The position numbers and the translations under genes were made by a program. DNA of 63,725 nucleotides, the filler included, from Pseudomonadota bacterium (GTDB taxonomy: Bacteria > Desulfobacterota > Desulfobacteria > Desulfobacterales > JBDRRP01): the NCBI GenBank assembly GCA_043825735.1. It is 8 parts of 8 records of this genome, joined end to end, with 100 filler letters (N's around TTAATTAATTAA, not from the genome) between each part and the next. Parts side by side here need not be neighbours in the genome. Positions count along the whole stretch, not along the records: positions 1 to 24,240 come from JBDRRP010000036.1; positions 24,341 to 33,237 come from JBDRRP010000047.1; 6 more parts are not named here. The stretch is one strand, 5' to 3'. Of the stretch, positions 20,704 to 32,559 are shown piece after piece. The notes under the pieces are model-generated. The model was not told where the DNA came from. It did no database searches and saw nothing but the letters and a program-made list of their open reading frames with translations. How positions within the stretch are numbered: position 1 is the stretch's first letter; every line of letters begins with the position of its first letter.

Positions 20704-21392
20704 GACCGGTCTCCAAAGATGGCCGTGCCGATGCGCACCAGGGTGGCGCCCTCGGCGATGGCGGCTTCAAAATCGCCGGTCATTCCCATCGACAGCTCCG
20801 GCAGTCTGATGTGGGGCGATGCGGCGGTGATGGTGTCTCGGATTTTCCGCAGTCGTTTGAAAAAAGGGCGGGCGCGGACCGGATCGTCGAAAAACGGGGG
20901 CAGGGTCATGAGCCCTTCAACGCTGAGGTGCGGCAGGGCGGCCGCCTGTTGAACCAGCGCGGCGGCGGCCTCGGGGGCGCTTCCTGATTTGGTCGCTTCA
21001 CCGGCGATATTGACCTGGATGAGCACCCGCTGCACCTTGCCGCGCTTGGCGGCTTCCTGGTCGATGGCCTCGGCCAGGCGCAGGGAGTCCACGGAGTGGA
21101 TGAGCTCGAACAACCGAACGGCGTATTTGGCCTTGTTGGTCTGCAGATGGCCGATGAAATGCCACTCGGCTGGGGCATCGGGCAGTGCCGCGATTTTTTC
21201 GCGGGCTTCCTGAATGTAGCTTTCGCCAAACACCGTCTGACCGGCGGCCAACGCCTCCCGGATACTGCCGGCCGGATGGGTCTTGCTCACCGCCACCAGG
21301 CGCACCGATTCCGGCGCGCGTCCGGCAGCAATGGCGGCCTGCCGGATGCGATCGTTGATGGTTGCCAGGTGAGAGTTGAGGGTAGTCATCAA
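20700..21392 (-). CDS. yggS: PLP homeostasis protein YggS
   Basis: LVAVSKT, WHFIGHLQTNK, LSMGM, VRIGTAIFG. Confidence 0.96.
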   Translation of the reverse strand: MMTTLNSHLATINDRIRQAAIAAGRAPESVRLVAVSKTHPAGSIREALAAGQTVFGESYIQEAREKIAALPDAPAEWHFIGHLQTNKAKYAVRLFELIHSVDSLRLAEAIDQEAAKRGKVQRVLIQVNIAGEATKSGSAPEAAAALVQQAAALPHLSVEGLMTLPPFFDDPVRARPFFKRLRKIRDTITAASPHIRLPELSMGMTGDFEAAIAEGATLVRIGTAIFGDRS

Positions 21393-21395
21393 CTA

Positions 21396-21575
21396 GGCGC
21401 GTTTGGATCGTTGAGATCGTTTGGATCGTTAGGATCGTTTGGATCGTTAGGATCGTTTGGATCGTTTGGATCGTTTGGATCGTTAGGATCGTTAGGATCG
21501 TTTGGATCGTTTGGATCGTTTGGATCGTTAGGATCGTTAGAATCGTTAGGATCGCTGAGAGCGTTAGGTTCGTTT
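21396..21575 (+). repeat. 9-bp tandem array (GGATCGTTW), about 20 units
   Basis: Units counted directly. Confidence 0.95.
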
Positions 21576-21690
21576 AGTCCTTCGTCCTCTCCGGGTCGGA
21601 TCGGACGGATCGGTCCGAAGGCCGCCATCTGCGTTATCCGCGTCATCTGCGGTTAATTCTCTTTGTAGTTGCAGTTGTTGTTGCTGTCTT

Positions 21691-22287
21691 TCATCTTCGG
21701 TATTCAATAACCCCTTCAGCAAGCAATTTTTCCACCACTTCGCACACCGGCAGCCCCACCACGTTGGTGTAGGAGCCGTTGATCCGTTTTACCAGAAAGG
21801 TGCCGATGCCCTGGATGGCGTAGGCCCCGGCCTTGTCGAAGGGCTCGCCGGACTGAACATACCAGTCAATTTCGGCCTCGGCCAGTCTCTTGAATTCCAC
21901 GTCGGTGACAACGGTTTCCGAAAATAAGTACTTCTTCGACCGGTTGCAGATGGCGTAACCGGTCATCACCTGGTGGGTCTGTCCGCTGAGCTGTTTGAGC
22001 ATGGTGCGGGCATCCCCCGTAGAGGCCGGTTTGCCAAGGATGTTCTCGCCGATGACCACAATGGTATCGGCCCCGATGACCCAGGCCTCGGGGAATTTTT
22101 CGGCAATCTCGCCTGCCTTGGTTTCCGCCAGCATCCGGGCATATCCGATGGGCTCACCCATGGATACGGTCGACTCGTCGATGGTGCTCGGTATGACCTC
22201 GAATGTCAAACCGGCCTGTTCAAGAAGATAGCTTCTCCGGGGCGATTGTGAAGCCAGAATTATGTGTGGTGTCGTTGAGTTTTTCAT
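21691..22287 (-). CDS. maf: Maf family nucleotide pyrophosphatase
   Basis: ILASQSPRR, GADT, DKAGAYAIQG, NVVGLP. Confidence 0.95.
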   Translation of the reverse strand: MKNSTTPHIILASQSPRRSYLLEQAGLTFEVIPSTIDESTVSMGEPIGYARMLAETKAGEIAEKFPEAWVIGADTIVVIGENILGKPASTGDARTMLKQLSGQTHQVMTGYAICNRSKKYLFSETVVTDVEFKRLAEAEIDWYVQSGEPFDKAGAYAIQGIGTFLVKRINGSYTNVVGLPVCEVVEKLLAEGVIEYRR

Positions 22288-22524
22288 GATGCCGGTCTAA
22301 TAACAATCACTACCCTGGAACGCAAGGGTGCGGGCGGCAGCCGTAGCAATTGATGATGATAAATCTGTTGGAAATGGAAATGAACGAGCAGGGGATGGGT
22401 TTACCCCCTCCCGGGTGTCGGCCCCGCGAAGGCGGGGATACAGGGTTTTAAATAAATTGAAGCTATCTGGGCCCCTTGAACCGGATCGTCATCAGCGAAC
22501 ATATGTACCATTCCGGAACCGGCG

Positions 22525-23190
22525 ATGAATAACCTGAAACCCACAGACCATATCTGGATCTTAGGTGCCGGCCGTTTCGGCACCATCGCCGCGGGGCGCC
22601 TTGCTGCCAAAGTGCCGCTTCGGCAGATCCGCGTGATCGATCATCGTCCGGACCGGCTCTTGGGGCTGCCCAAAGGGGTGAAAACGGCAGCGGGGGAGGC
22701 GATTGAATACATATTTTCCCATCTGGGGCAGGGCGCCGACCCGGACTGGATCGTGCCGGCCGTGCCAGTCCATGTGGCCTGGGAATTTATCCGGAGGCGG
22801 CTTGGCGGTAAAGTGATGTTAAACGCAGCCGCGCCAGACCCGGAGCTTCTCGCGGCGCTTCCGAACGCGATGACAGGGCAGGGCGGCGCCATTTACGCCA
22901 GCATCGCCGACTTTATCTGCCCCGACAACTGCCCGGAACCGCCAGACCGCTGCACCCACACCGGCCAGCCGCGCCCCATGGAATTATTCCAAGCGATCTC
23001 CGATATCGCCGGCCATCGCTTTCTGCCCGTCGTTATCAGAAGTCATCAGTTGGCGCCCGGGGTTGGCGGATATAAACCGAATGCGCTGCGTGACGCCTTA
23101 GAACAGGTAAACAGCATCGATCAACCGGTCCTCCTGGCCACCGCCTGCCGCTGCCACGGCGTGCTGCACTTGCTGAATGCCCCGCAGTAA
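22525..23190 (+). CDS. Rossmann-fold protein with Cys-rich metal motifs
   Basis: GAGRFG, CPDNCPEP..C, ATACRCHG. Confidence 0.75.
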   Translation: MNNLKPTDHIWILGAGRFGTIAAGRLAAKVPLRQIRVIDHRPDRLLGLPKGVKTAAGEAIEYIFSHLGQGADPDWIVPAVPVHVAWEFIRRRLGGKVMLNAAAPDPELLAALPNAMTGQGGAIYASIADFICPDNCPEPPDRCTHTGQPRPMELFQAISDIAGHRFLPVVIRSHQLAPGVGGYKPNALRDALEQVNSIDQPVLLATACRCHGVLHLLNAPQ

Positions 23191-23205
23191 CGCCGCATAA
23201 CTCTT

Positions 23206-23600
23206 TGCAGTTGTTGTCCGGCCGACGGCCGCCTTCGGATGCTGACCATCTTTTTCACCACAGAGAAACAGAGAACGCAGAGAACGGCAGGTTTGAATTT
23301 GGGGAGACCGTCCAAAAGCTCTGTTTCCTCTGTTACTCTGTGGTAAGACCGCCCTTGCAGTTTCCCTTCGGCCGAAGGCCGCCCATCAGCGTTATCTGCG
23401 CCATCTGCGGTAAATTTGCAGTTGCCTTTGCAGTTGCCCTCCGGCCGGCTTGTCCGCCGTAGCCTTGGCGAAGGTGGAAGGCCGCCATCTGTGTAATCCG
23501 TGTAATCTGCGGTTAATTAGCCTTTGCAGTTGTTTTTCCGGCCGCAGGCCGATCATTTCCTATCCGCGTTCATCGGCGTCCCATTCCGCAGTTCGCAGTC
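23206..23600 (+). repeat. Array of GCAGTT / CGGCCGNAGGCCG / ATCTG modules
   Basis: Hairpins at 23219, 23369, 23442 (interrupted) and 23539. Confidence 0.75.
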
Positions 23601-23687
23601 CCCCGGATTATTGACATATCCACCCAATCCCGATAAAGACCTGCCATCCTCATTTTCCCGCATCCTATGCGGTGAAGCCCCCTCCGA

Positions 23688-23731
23688 GCCCGGGTGGCGG
23701 AATAGGTAGACGCAAGGGACTTAAAATCCTT
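23688..23731 (+). pseudogene. 5' half of tRNA-Leu(TAA), truncated after the anticodon arm (probable att junction)
   Basis: GCCCGGGTGGCGGAATAGGTAGACGCAAGGGAC-TTAAAA-TCCTT followed by AT-rich non-tRNA sequence; no T-arm. Confidence 0.85.
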
Positions 23732-23966
23732 TACTTTTACAATAAAATCAAATGGTTATGACCTACTGTAAACGCGCTGTAAACGATTTTCAGTCGAAAC
23801 AACGGATTTCCTGCCTATAAAAGGGGGATCATGATCGATAACGATACAGCAATGAACACCCGGAGATCCCCTGGCAGGTGATGACGATTGCTGAATGGAA
23901 GGCGCAGTACGACGAACGCTATTTGGACGAATAATTTCCCGCCAAGCCATGCGCCGGGTCCGGCCG

Positions 23967-24240
23967 TCATGGAGCGGGATAGGTAGGATCAGGCTGAGCG
24001 CATTTTTTGACCTTCGGGGCGGCCGCTGTCGGCAATTCGCCGAAATCGATGTTGTCAGCGGCATCCTGGAGGTGCTGTTTTGTAAGGTGTAGATACCGTT
24101 CAGTGCTCTTAAACGATTTGTGCCGCATAAGCTCCTGGACGGCCTTGGGGCCGGTGCCGCTCATGATGTGCCAGGATGCGAACGTGTGGCGCAGGTCGTG
24201 AAAGCGAAACGCCTCGCTGAGCTTTGCTTTCCGCACGGCG
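23967..24240 (-). CDS. Tyrosine integrase, C-terminal part (cut by contig end)
   Basis: FHDLRHTFASW...VQELMRH...TERYLH catalytic boxes. Confidence 0.92.
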
Positions 24241-24340
24241 NNNNNNNNNNNNNNNNNNNNNNNNNNNNNNNNNNNNNNNNNNNNTTAATTAATTAANNNN
24301 NNNNNNNNNNNNNNNNNNNNNNNNNNNNNNNNNNNNNNNN
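24241..24340. other. Artificial contig linker (also 33238-33337, 42028-42127, 45970-46069, 50340-50439, 53466-53565, 58457-58556)
   Basis: N44-TTAATTAATTAA-N44 six-frame stop spacer. Confidence 0.99.
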
Positions 24341-24478
24341 CTCTGCGGTCTCTGCGGTTCAAAATCACTTTTTACGAGTATTTCAATTTTGAATTATAAA
24401 GAGCTCATGATGCTATCGCTGCAATCAAAAACATTCTCGCGCAGTGGCGCGGAGGCGCGGAGAACTTCGGAAAAAGAT

Positions 24479-24600
24479 GAACGTCCAACATCGAACGCTG
24501 AACGCTGAACATCGAATGAAAAACCGTTGATCCTTTTCTTGCTTGCCTTTTGCTTTTCCCATTCATCATTCGACGTTGAGCGTTCGATGTTCAATGTTCG
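24479..24600. repeat. Inverted pair of 7-mer tandem arrays
   Basis: gaacgtccaacatcgaacgctgaacgctgaacatcgaa ... ttcgacgttgagcgttcgatgttcaatgttc. Confidence 0.75.
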
Positions 24601-24700
24601 TTTTACCCTGCGTCTCCGCGTCTCTGCGCGAGAAAAGGGTTTTGCTTTTAAATATTGAATCTCCGTGTTCTCCGTGAACTCCGTGGTTAAACCGCTTTTC

Positions 24701-26131
24701 CTACGTATCCAGTTTGGACTTTAGCAAATCGTTGACCATCTGTGGGTTGGCCTTGCCCTTGGTGGCCTTCATGATCTGGCCCACAAAGAATCCGATCACC
24801 TTGGTCTTGCCCCCCTTGTATTCGGTGACCTGCTCGGGGTTGGCGGCGATGACCGCTTCCACGGCAGCGGTGATGGCATCGGTGTCGGTGATCTGGACCA
24901 GCCCTTTTTCTTTGACTATGGTTTCAGGGGGCTTTCCGGATGCGGCCATTTCCTCGAAAACGGTTTTCGCGATCTTGCCGCTGATGGTGCCTTTGTCGAT
25001 GAGGGCCACCAGTTTAGCCAGTTGCTCGGAGGATACAGGGCTCAGGGCGATATCCAGCCCCTGGGTGTTCAGAAGCCCCATGAGTTCCACCATGATCCAG
25101 TTGGCCAGGACCTTGGGATTGTGGTGGGTCTTCAGGCACTCTTCGAAGTAATCGGCGGTTTCACCGTAGGCGGTGAGTACCTCGGCATCATAGGCCGTCA
25201 GCCCAAAGTCTGCGACAAATCGCGCTTTCCTGGCGTCAGGCAGCTCAGGCAGCGCTGCGGCCACGGCATCGAGCCATGCCGTGTCGATTACCAGGGGCAG
25301 CAGGTCGGGATCCGCGAAATAACGGTAGTCGTGGGCTTCTTCTTTTCCGCGCATGGAAAAAGATCGCCCCGTGTCCGGGTTCCACAACCGGGTTTCCTGG
25401 ATCACCCGGCCGCCGTCGAGCAGGGTGTCTTGCTGACGCAGGATTTCGTACTGGATGGCCTTTTCCACATGCTTGAAGGAATTGAGATTTTTAAGCTCGG
25501 CGCGGGTGCCAAAGGCGGTTTGCCCGGCCGGCCGGATAGACACGTTGGCATCGCACCGGAAGCTGCCTTCTTCCATGTTGCCGTCGCAGATATCGATGTA
25601 GCGGAGGATGGCCCGGAGCTTACGCAGGTAAGCGCCGGCTTCTTCCGGCGTGCGCAGGTCCGGTTCGCTCACGATTTCGATGAGCGGCACGCCGGTTCGG
25701 TTGTAGTCCACCCGGCTCACGGGCCGGTCCGGATCATGAATGAGTTTTCCGGCGTCCTCTTCCATGTGGATGCGGGTGATGCCGATCCGGCGGGGCGCCG
25801 CGCCCACGTCGATGTCGATGTGTCCGCCCGTGGCAATGGGCAACTCGTACTGGCTGATCTGGTATCCCTTGGGCAGGTCCGGGTAAAAATAATTTTTACG
25901 GGCAAACTGGCTTTGCCGCTGAATGGTGCAGCCGGTGGCCAGCGCCATACGCAATGCATATGTCACCACCTGCCTGTTCAGGACCGGCAATACGCCCGGC
26001 ATCCCCAGACACACCGGGCAGACGTGGGTGTTGGGCGGGGCGCCGAAGGCGGTCGAGCAGCCGCAGAAAATCTTGGTGCGGGTTTTCAGTTGCGCATGGA
26101 CTTCCAGCCCGATGACCGGTTCAAATTCCAT
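24701..26131 (-). CDS. gatB: Asp/Glu-tRNA amidotransferase subunit B
   Basis: [28 protein letters not shown]. Confidence 0.98.
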   Translation of the reverse strand: MEFEPVIGLEVHAQLKTRTKIFCGCSTAFGAPPNTHVCPVCLGMPGVLPVLNRQVVTYALRMALATGCTIQRQSQFARKNYFYPDLPKGYQISQYELPIATGGHIDIDVGAAPRRIGITRIHMEEDAGKLIHDPDRPVSRVDYNRTGVPLIEIVSEPDLRTPEEAGAYLRKLRAILRYIDICDGNMEEGSFRCDANVSIRPAGQTAFGTRAELKNLNSFKHVEKAIQYEILRQQDTLLDGGRVIQETRLWNPDTGRSFSMRGKEEAHDYRYFADPDLLPLVIDTAWLDAVAAALPELPDARKARFVADFGLTAYDAEVLTAYGETADYFEECLKTHHNPKVLANWIMVELMGLLNTQGLDIALSPVSSEQLAKLVALIDKGTISGKIAKTVFEEMAASGKPPETIVKEKGLVQITDTDAITAAVEAVIAANPEQVTEYKGGKTKVIGFFVGQIMKATKGKANPQMVNDLLKSKLDT

Positions 26132-26220
26132 CGATCGCGATTCCATAGCCGTTGTGTTGGGCGGTTTCTTTGCCGTTAAACCTGATATATCTGACGAATT
26201 ATCCGCATTATGTCAAGGAT

Positions 26221-26353
26221 GATGAAACCGTAAAAAGTGATTTTGAACCACAGAGGACGCAGTGAACCGCAGAGAATATGATTAATAATCAGTCAGTTAT
26301 CTCTATGCTCTCTGCGTCCTCTGTGGTGATTTCGGACTTTTTATGAGTTGGTC
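26221..26353. mobile_element. MITE-like palindromic element
   Basis: Termini GATGAAACCGTAAAAAG / CTTTTTATGAGTTGGTC; near copy at 34189-34321. Confidence 0.65.
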
Positions 26354-26365
26354 AAAATTGACCGG

Positions 26366-26647
26366 TCAGCGGTCACGGAGGTAACTTTTCAAATCGCGGT
26401 AATAATTTTCGTGGGGCCCGATCATGATCAATTCGATATCTTCGCCCACAAGACGATACGCCAATAAGTAACGCGTCGATATTAAGTTGAATTTGTGAAC
26501 GAGGACTCCGCGCAAATCTCCTTTTTTTTCAATTCCGATTGCCGGGTTTGCGACGATATGCCGGATTTGCCGATCCATCACCTGTTTTTGAGCTTTGTTG
26601 AACTTTTTGATTTTCCGCTCGAACGACTTTGATTGAAGAATTTTCAT
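26366..26647 (-). CDS. RelE/ParE family toxin
   Basis: 93 aa basic protein, G..KKGDLRG, IGPHENYY. Confidence 0.85.
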   Translation of the reverse strand: MKILQSKSFERKIKKFNKAQKQVMDRQIRHIVANPAIGIEKKGDLRGVLVHKFNLISTRYLLAYRLVGEDIELIMIGPHENYYRDLKSYLRDR

Positions 26648-26653
26648 CGGGTG

Positions 26654-26872
26654 CTATCCGAAGGTGTATTCAGAAGATTCACCGTGATCCAACTCGGCGA
26701 GGCCAATCAATAATTCCTTGATGAGGCTGTATGTGAGATCAGGATTCTCCTCCGCACATTTGCCGATTCTGGCCCAGTGCTCGATTTGGCCTGTGATGGA
26801 TCTTTTGTCGATCTTGCTGTAAATCTTGGCATCTTTTACCAGTTCGCCGGACACTCTCACAGCCGTTGCCAT
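26654..26872 (-). CDS. ParD-like antitoxin
   Basis: RS..GQIEHWARIGK..EENPDL; GGAGG RBS; upstream of the toxin. Confidence 0.85.
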   Translation of the reverse strand: MATAVRVSGELVKDAKIYSKIDKRSITGQIEHWARIGKCAEENPDLTYSLIKELLIGLAELDHGESSEYTFG

Positions 26873-26959
26873 AGTAAAACCTCCTGTCAGTTTTATCGCA
26901 ATATAGCGCAAAATGTTGCAAACTGCAATGCGCGGGGCTGCCTATAACCAACGGTGCCC

Positions 26960-27041
26960 AGTTAGTTCTCATGGTTGCCAAAAGTGCGGCATCCTCCTGT
27001 TTGAATCCGACATAGGCACTCGTATCCAGCAGATAAATCAT
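26960..27041 (-). pseudogene. Truncated PIN/VapC toxin
   Basis: MIYLLDTSAY PIN N-terminus coupled to the antitoxin stop, then loses PIN character after about 25 aa. Confidence 0.65.
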
Positions 27042-27295
27042 CTCCACAGTTCCTCGTCGACTTGCTCGCAGATCTGAATGGCAGTCAGGAATTCAGTTGC
27101 GTCAGACTCATCCCAACCGCCAGCCAGCGCAAGCAGCGATTCACCAAGGCGCTGGTTCTGTATTTCCTTTTTGGAAACGCTTTGCTCGAGCATTTCTACA
27201 ACGGTCCTGTTCAAAGACTTGCCGCTTTTGCTGGCGGCCGTTCGGATCTTCCGTTCAAAGTCCGGATTGATGCCGCGAATCGTGATCTGCCCCAT
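27038..27295 (-). CDS. FitA/VapB-like RHH antitoxin
   Basis: MGQITIRGI...GKSLN, AGGW; AGGAGG RBS. Confidence 0.8.
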   Translation of the reverse strand: MGQITIRGINPDFERKIRTAASKSGKSLNRTVVEMLEQSVSKKEIQNQRLGESLLALAGGWDESDATEFLTAIQICEQVDEELWR

Positions 27296-27328
27296 GATTC
27301 ACCTCCTGAGGCGTTTTGAGTCAGATTA

Positions 27329-27459
27329 GATGAATCCGTAAAAAAGCAATTTTCTCGCAAAGACGCTAAGCACGCCAAGAAAAACTCCCTTAATATTAGT
27401 GTGTTGCCTTTGCGATCTTTGCGGCTTTGCGAGAGATTAGGACTTTTTACGGGAGCATC
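27329..27459. mobile_element. MITE-like palindromic element
   Basis: GATGAATCCGTAAAAAAG ... CTTTTTACGGGAGCATC. Confidence 0.65.
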
Positions 27460-27571
27460 AGATTAAGAGGCTAATCGTAAGCTGTCAAGCATGGAACAGA
27501 TTGCTCGAGGGCACTGGGTACAATTAGGCATCCTGGTTATGCAATCCTTAAGTTGGGCTTCTAGCTGTTTC

Positions 27572-27669
27572 GTAGGGGAGGGGTTTATCCCCTCCCGCAA
27601 TAATCGGCACAATTGACCCCAACCGTCCGTGTTTACCGATCACGGTCGGGGGTAAACCCCGCACCCTAC
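27572..27669. repeat. GTAG-type REP doublet
   Basis: GTAGGGGAGGGGTTTATCCCCTCCCG ... CGGGGGTAAACCCCGCACCCTAC; related sequence near 22388-22413. Confidence 0.7.
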
Positions 27670-27887
27670 ACGATTTAGTGGTCACCTTAAGCCATAAGCC
27701 TTTGAAATCACTGGATCCCGGATCAAGCCCGGGATGACGAAAACGCCATTTGCGGACTTTTACGATTTGCTTGAGATTCATCAGCCGTTGCACGCAAAGA
27801 CTTGCGTCGGCGTTGATAACATCGTCTGGACATGCGGCCACGCGGATGGTAGGGGGCGTTGAATCATTTAAAACGGGTGGAGCGGCC

Positions 27888-28073
27888 ATGGAATTTTTTA
27901 TGTGTGTCATCGGAATGGTGCTGGTGGTGGAGGGGTTGCCCTATTTTGCGTTCCCGGACAAGATGCGGGCCTGGGTCAAGGTGCTTTTCGATATGCCGGA
28001 CCGCAGTTTGCGGGGCGTCGGTTTGGCCATGATGGTAGCGGGGCTGCTATTGGTTTATCTGGGCAGGAGATGA
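27888..28073 (+). CDS. DUF2065 small membrane protein
   Basis: GMVLVVEGLPYFAFP...LR..GL..M..GLL. Confidence 0.85.
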   Translation: MEFFMCVIGMVLVVEGLPYFAFPDKMRAWVKVLFDMPDRSLRGVGLAMMVAGLLLVYLGRR

Positions 28074-28138
28074 ATAACGAATTGATTATATAGGTTAAAA
28101 ATGTTATCTTGCCCTGATAAAAAATCATCCAGTGGTGT

Positions 28139-28333
28139 ATGTATATGGCAATAGAAAAGATGGTCACAAAATATAAGGTCGATGAACAACCCAGTGATTT
28201 TTCATACTGGAAAACGAGAACGATCTCGGAGAGATTACTGGCGTTGGAGCAGATCCGGAGAGAATACATCAATTGGAGATACGATGCTGAGCCCGGATTT
28301 CAAAGAGTTTATCGCATTATTAAACAAAAATGA
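28139..28333 (+). CDS. Small partner protein of the nucleotidyltransferase
   Basis: YW...T..ERL.ALE.IR...FQRVYRI, overlapping the downstream NTase. Confidence 0.65.
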   Translation: MYMAIEKMVTKYKVDEQPSDFSYWKTRTISERLLALEQIRREYINWRYDAEPGFQRVYRIIKQK

Positions 28334-28724
28334 TGTTCGGTACCTGGTTGTCGGGGGATACGCCGTTGCCGCTCACGGGCATCCCCGCTATACCAAGGAT
28401 CTGGATGTGTGGCTTGAAATTTCCAGTGATAACGCCGATAGGGTGTTACAAGCGCTCGATCAATTCGGTTTTGGTGCCCTTGACCTGGGAAAAAAAGATT
28501 TTCTCTGCGAAGGGCAGATCATTCAACTGGGGTATCCACCCAATCGCATAGACCTCATCACCTCTGCTACGGGTTTGCGTTTCGAGGATTGTTATACTGC
28601 CAAGGTTCAAGTGATTCTTGATGGGGAACCCATCAATTTTATAGACCTTGAGAACCTTAAGCGGAACAAACGGGCGACCGGTCGCTTCCAGGATTTGGCG
28701 GACCTCGAAAAGCTTGAAGGGTGA
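28284..28724 (+). CDS. Minimal nucleotidyltransferase (DUF6036-like)
   Basis: VVGGYAV..HG.PR.T.DLD, K.ATGR.QD.AD. Confidence 0.85.
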   Translation: MLSPDFKEFIALLNKNDVRYLVVGGYAVAAHGHPRYTKDLDVWLEISSDNADRVLQALDQFGFGALDLGKKDFLCEGQIIQLGYPPNRIDLITSATGLRFEDCYTAKVQVILDGEPINFIDLENLKRNKRATGRFQDLADLEKLEG

Positions 28725-28763
28725 CCGGGGTGCCGGTTTTAATGGCCCGGGAGCCCTCTAACA

Positions 28764-29828
28764 ATGTATTCCTTAAGCGACTACGATTATCACCTTCCCA
28801 CAGAGCTGATCGCTCAAAAGCCGGCGGACCGTCGTGATGGTTCACGGCTGCTACTGCTGGATCGGGCTACGGGCCGATACGCGCACCGGCATTTCAGCGA
28901 TGTTACCGACTACCTGAAGGGCGGTGATGTCCTGGTGGTCAACAATACCCGAGTGGTTCCGGGGCGCCTTTATGGCCACAAGCCTTCCGGAGGCACGGTG
29001 GAGGCGCTGGTGCTCAACCACCTGCGGCTGCCCACTGCCGCGGGAGATACCGGGTTCCGGGATGCAGCGGATTGCCTCATTAAAGCTTCAAAACCTTGCA
29101 AGCCGGGATTGCGAATCGATTTTGGAAATCTGACAGCCACGGTTGCCGGGGGTGAGGCGGGGCGCTACACGCTCAATTTTGAAACCCCTGACGGCCTGGG
29201 AGCGGCCCTGGAGGCGGTCGGCTATATGCCACTGCCACCCTACATCCGGCGCTCACCGGACAAGGCCCCCCCGTGTGACGACCGCAGCGCCTATCAGACG
29301 GTCTATGCCAGGGAAAGCGGCGCGGTGGCCGCTCCGACGGCCGGTCTGCATTTCACCGAGGCATTGATGGGCGCCATCCGGGAAAAGGGGGTGACCGTGC
29401 TCGAAGTCACCCTGCACGTCGGCATGGGCACCTTCGCCCCGGTGCGTGTGGACGATATCCGGACGCACCGGATGCACGCAGAGACCTTTCACATCGCCAG
29501 TGATGTGGCCGCGGCAGTCAACCAGGCAAAGCGCGAGGGCCGCCGCATCGTCGCCGTCGGCACCACCAGCGTGCGCACCCTGGAGACCGCTGCCAGAGAG
29601 ACCGGTCACGTGATCGCCGGCAGCGGCGAAAGCGACCTATTTATATATCCGGGGTTTTCATTCAGGGTCGTCGATGCCATGATCACCAATTTCCACCTGC
29701 CCCAGTCCACCCTGATGATGCTGGTTTCGGCTTTTGCCGGCAGGGACCTGGTGCTTGCCGCCTATGCCGAGGCGGTGCGCCTGGGGTACCGGTTTTTCAG
29801 CTATGGGGACGCGATGATGATCGTTTGA
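28764..29828 (+). CDS. queA: SAM:tRNA ribosyltransferase-isomerase
   Basis: LPPYI, YQTVYA, AAPTAGLHF, TNFHLP, FFSYGDAM. Confidence 0.98.
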   Translation: MYSLSDYDYHLPTELIAQKPADRRDGSRLLLLDRATGRYAHRHFSDVTDYLKGGDVLVVNNTRVVPGRLYGHKPSGGTVEALVLNHLRLPTAAGDTGFRDAADCLIKASKPCKPGLRIDFGNLTATVAGGEAGRYTLNFETPDGLGAALEAVGYMPLPPYIRRSPDKAPPCDDRSAYQTVYARESGAVAAPTAGLHFTEALMGAIREKGVTVLEVTLHVGMGTFAPVRVDDIRTHRMHAETFHIASDVAAAVNQAKREGRRIVAVGTTSVRTLETAARETGHVIAGSGESDLFIYPGFSFRVVDAMITNFHLPQSTLMMLVSAFAGRDLVLAAYAEAVRLGYRFFSYGDAMMIV

Positions 29829-30017
29829 ATCGGTGTTGTGAAGATGACGGCCCCAACTTGATTTATGTCACCGGATGGATGTAAGCGTACTCCCCAACGC
29901 CATATACATACTGAGAAATGGCTTTACATCACAAAATTGGTGCGAATTATGTGTAAAAAATCACAAAAACGGCCTGAACTGTTGACGTCGTTTTATGGCG
30001 TGTTATAGATTTCTACT

Positions 30018-32476
<2,459 letters not shown>

Positions 32477-32559
32477 AGAGCAGGCTGGAACGCTGTTGGT
32501 CGGGGAGAAAGCGGATCGGGATGACCCAAAGAAGGTCCGCAAAATTTCCCTGTGGCGTC

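Noticed and set aside
21389..21656. (NDP)n and (GSF/GSL)n ORFs
   Set aside because: By-products of a stop-free 9-bp repeat whose sister arrays lack comparable ORFs; the stop/start overlap with yggS is noted but not sufficient
23206..23600. CRISPR or integron attC array
   Set aside because: Repeats are too degenerate, spacing is irregular, and there are no cassette ORFs or clear R'/R'' boxes
24241..24340. TTAATTAATTAA motifs and ORFs running into N-runs
   Set aside because: Artificial contig spacers
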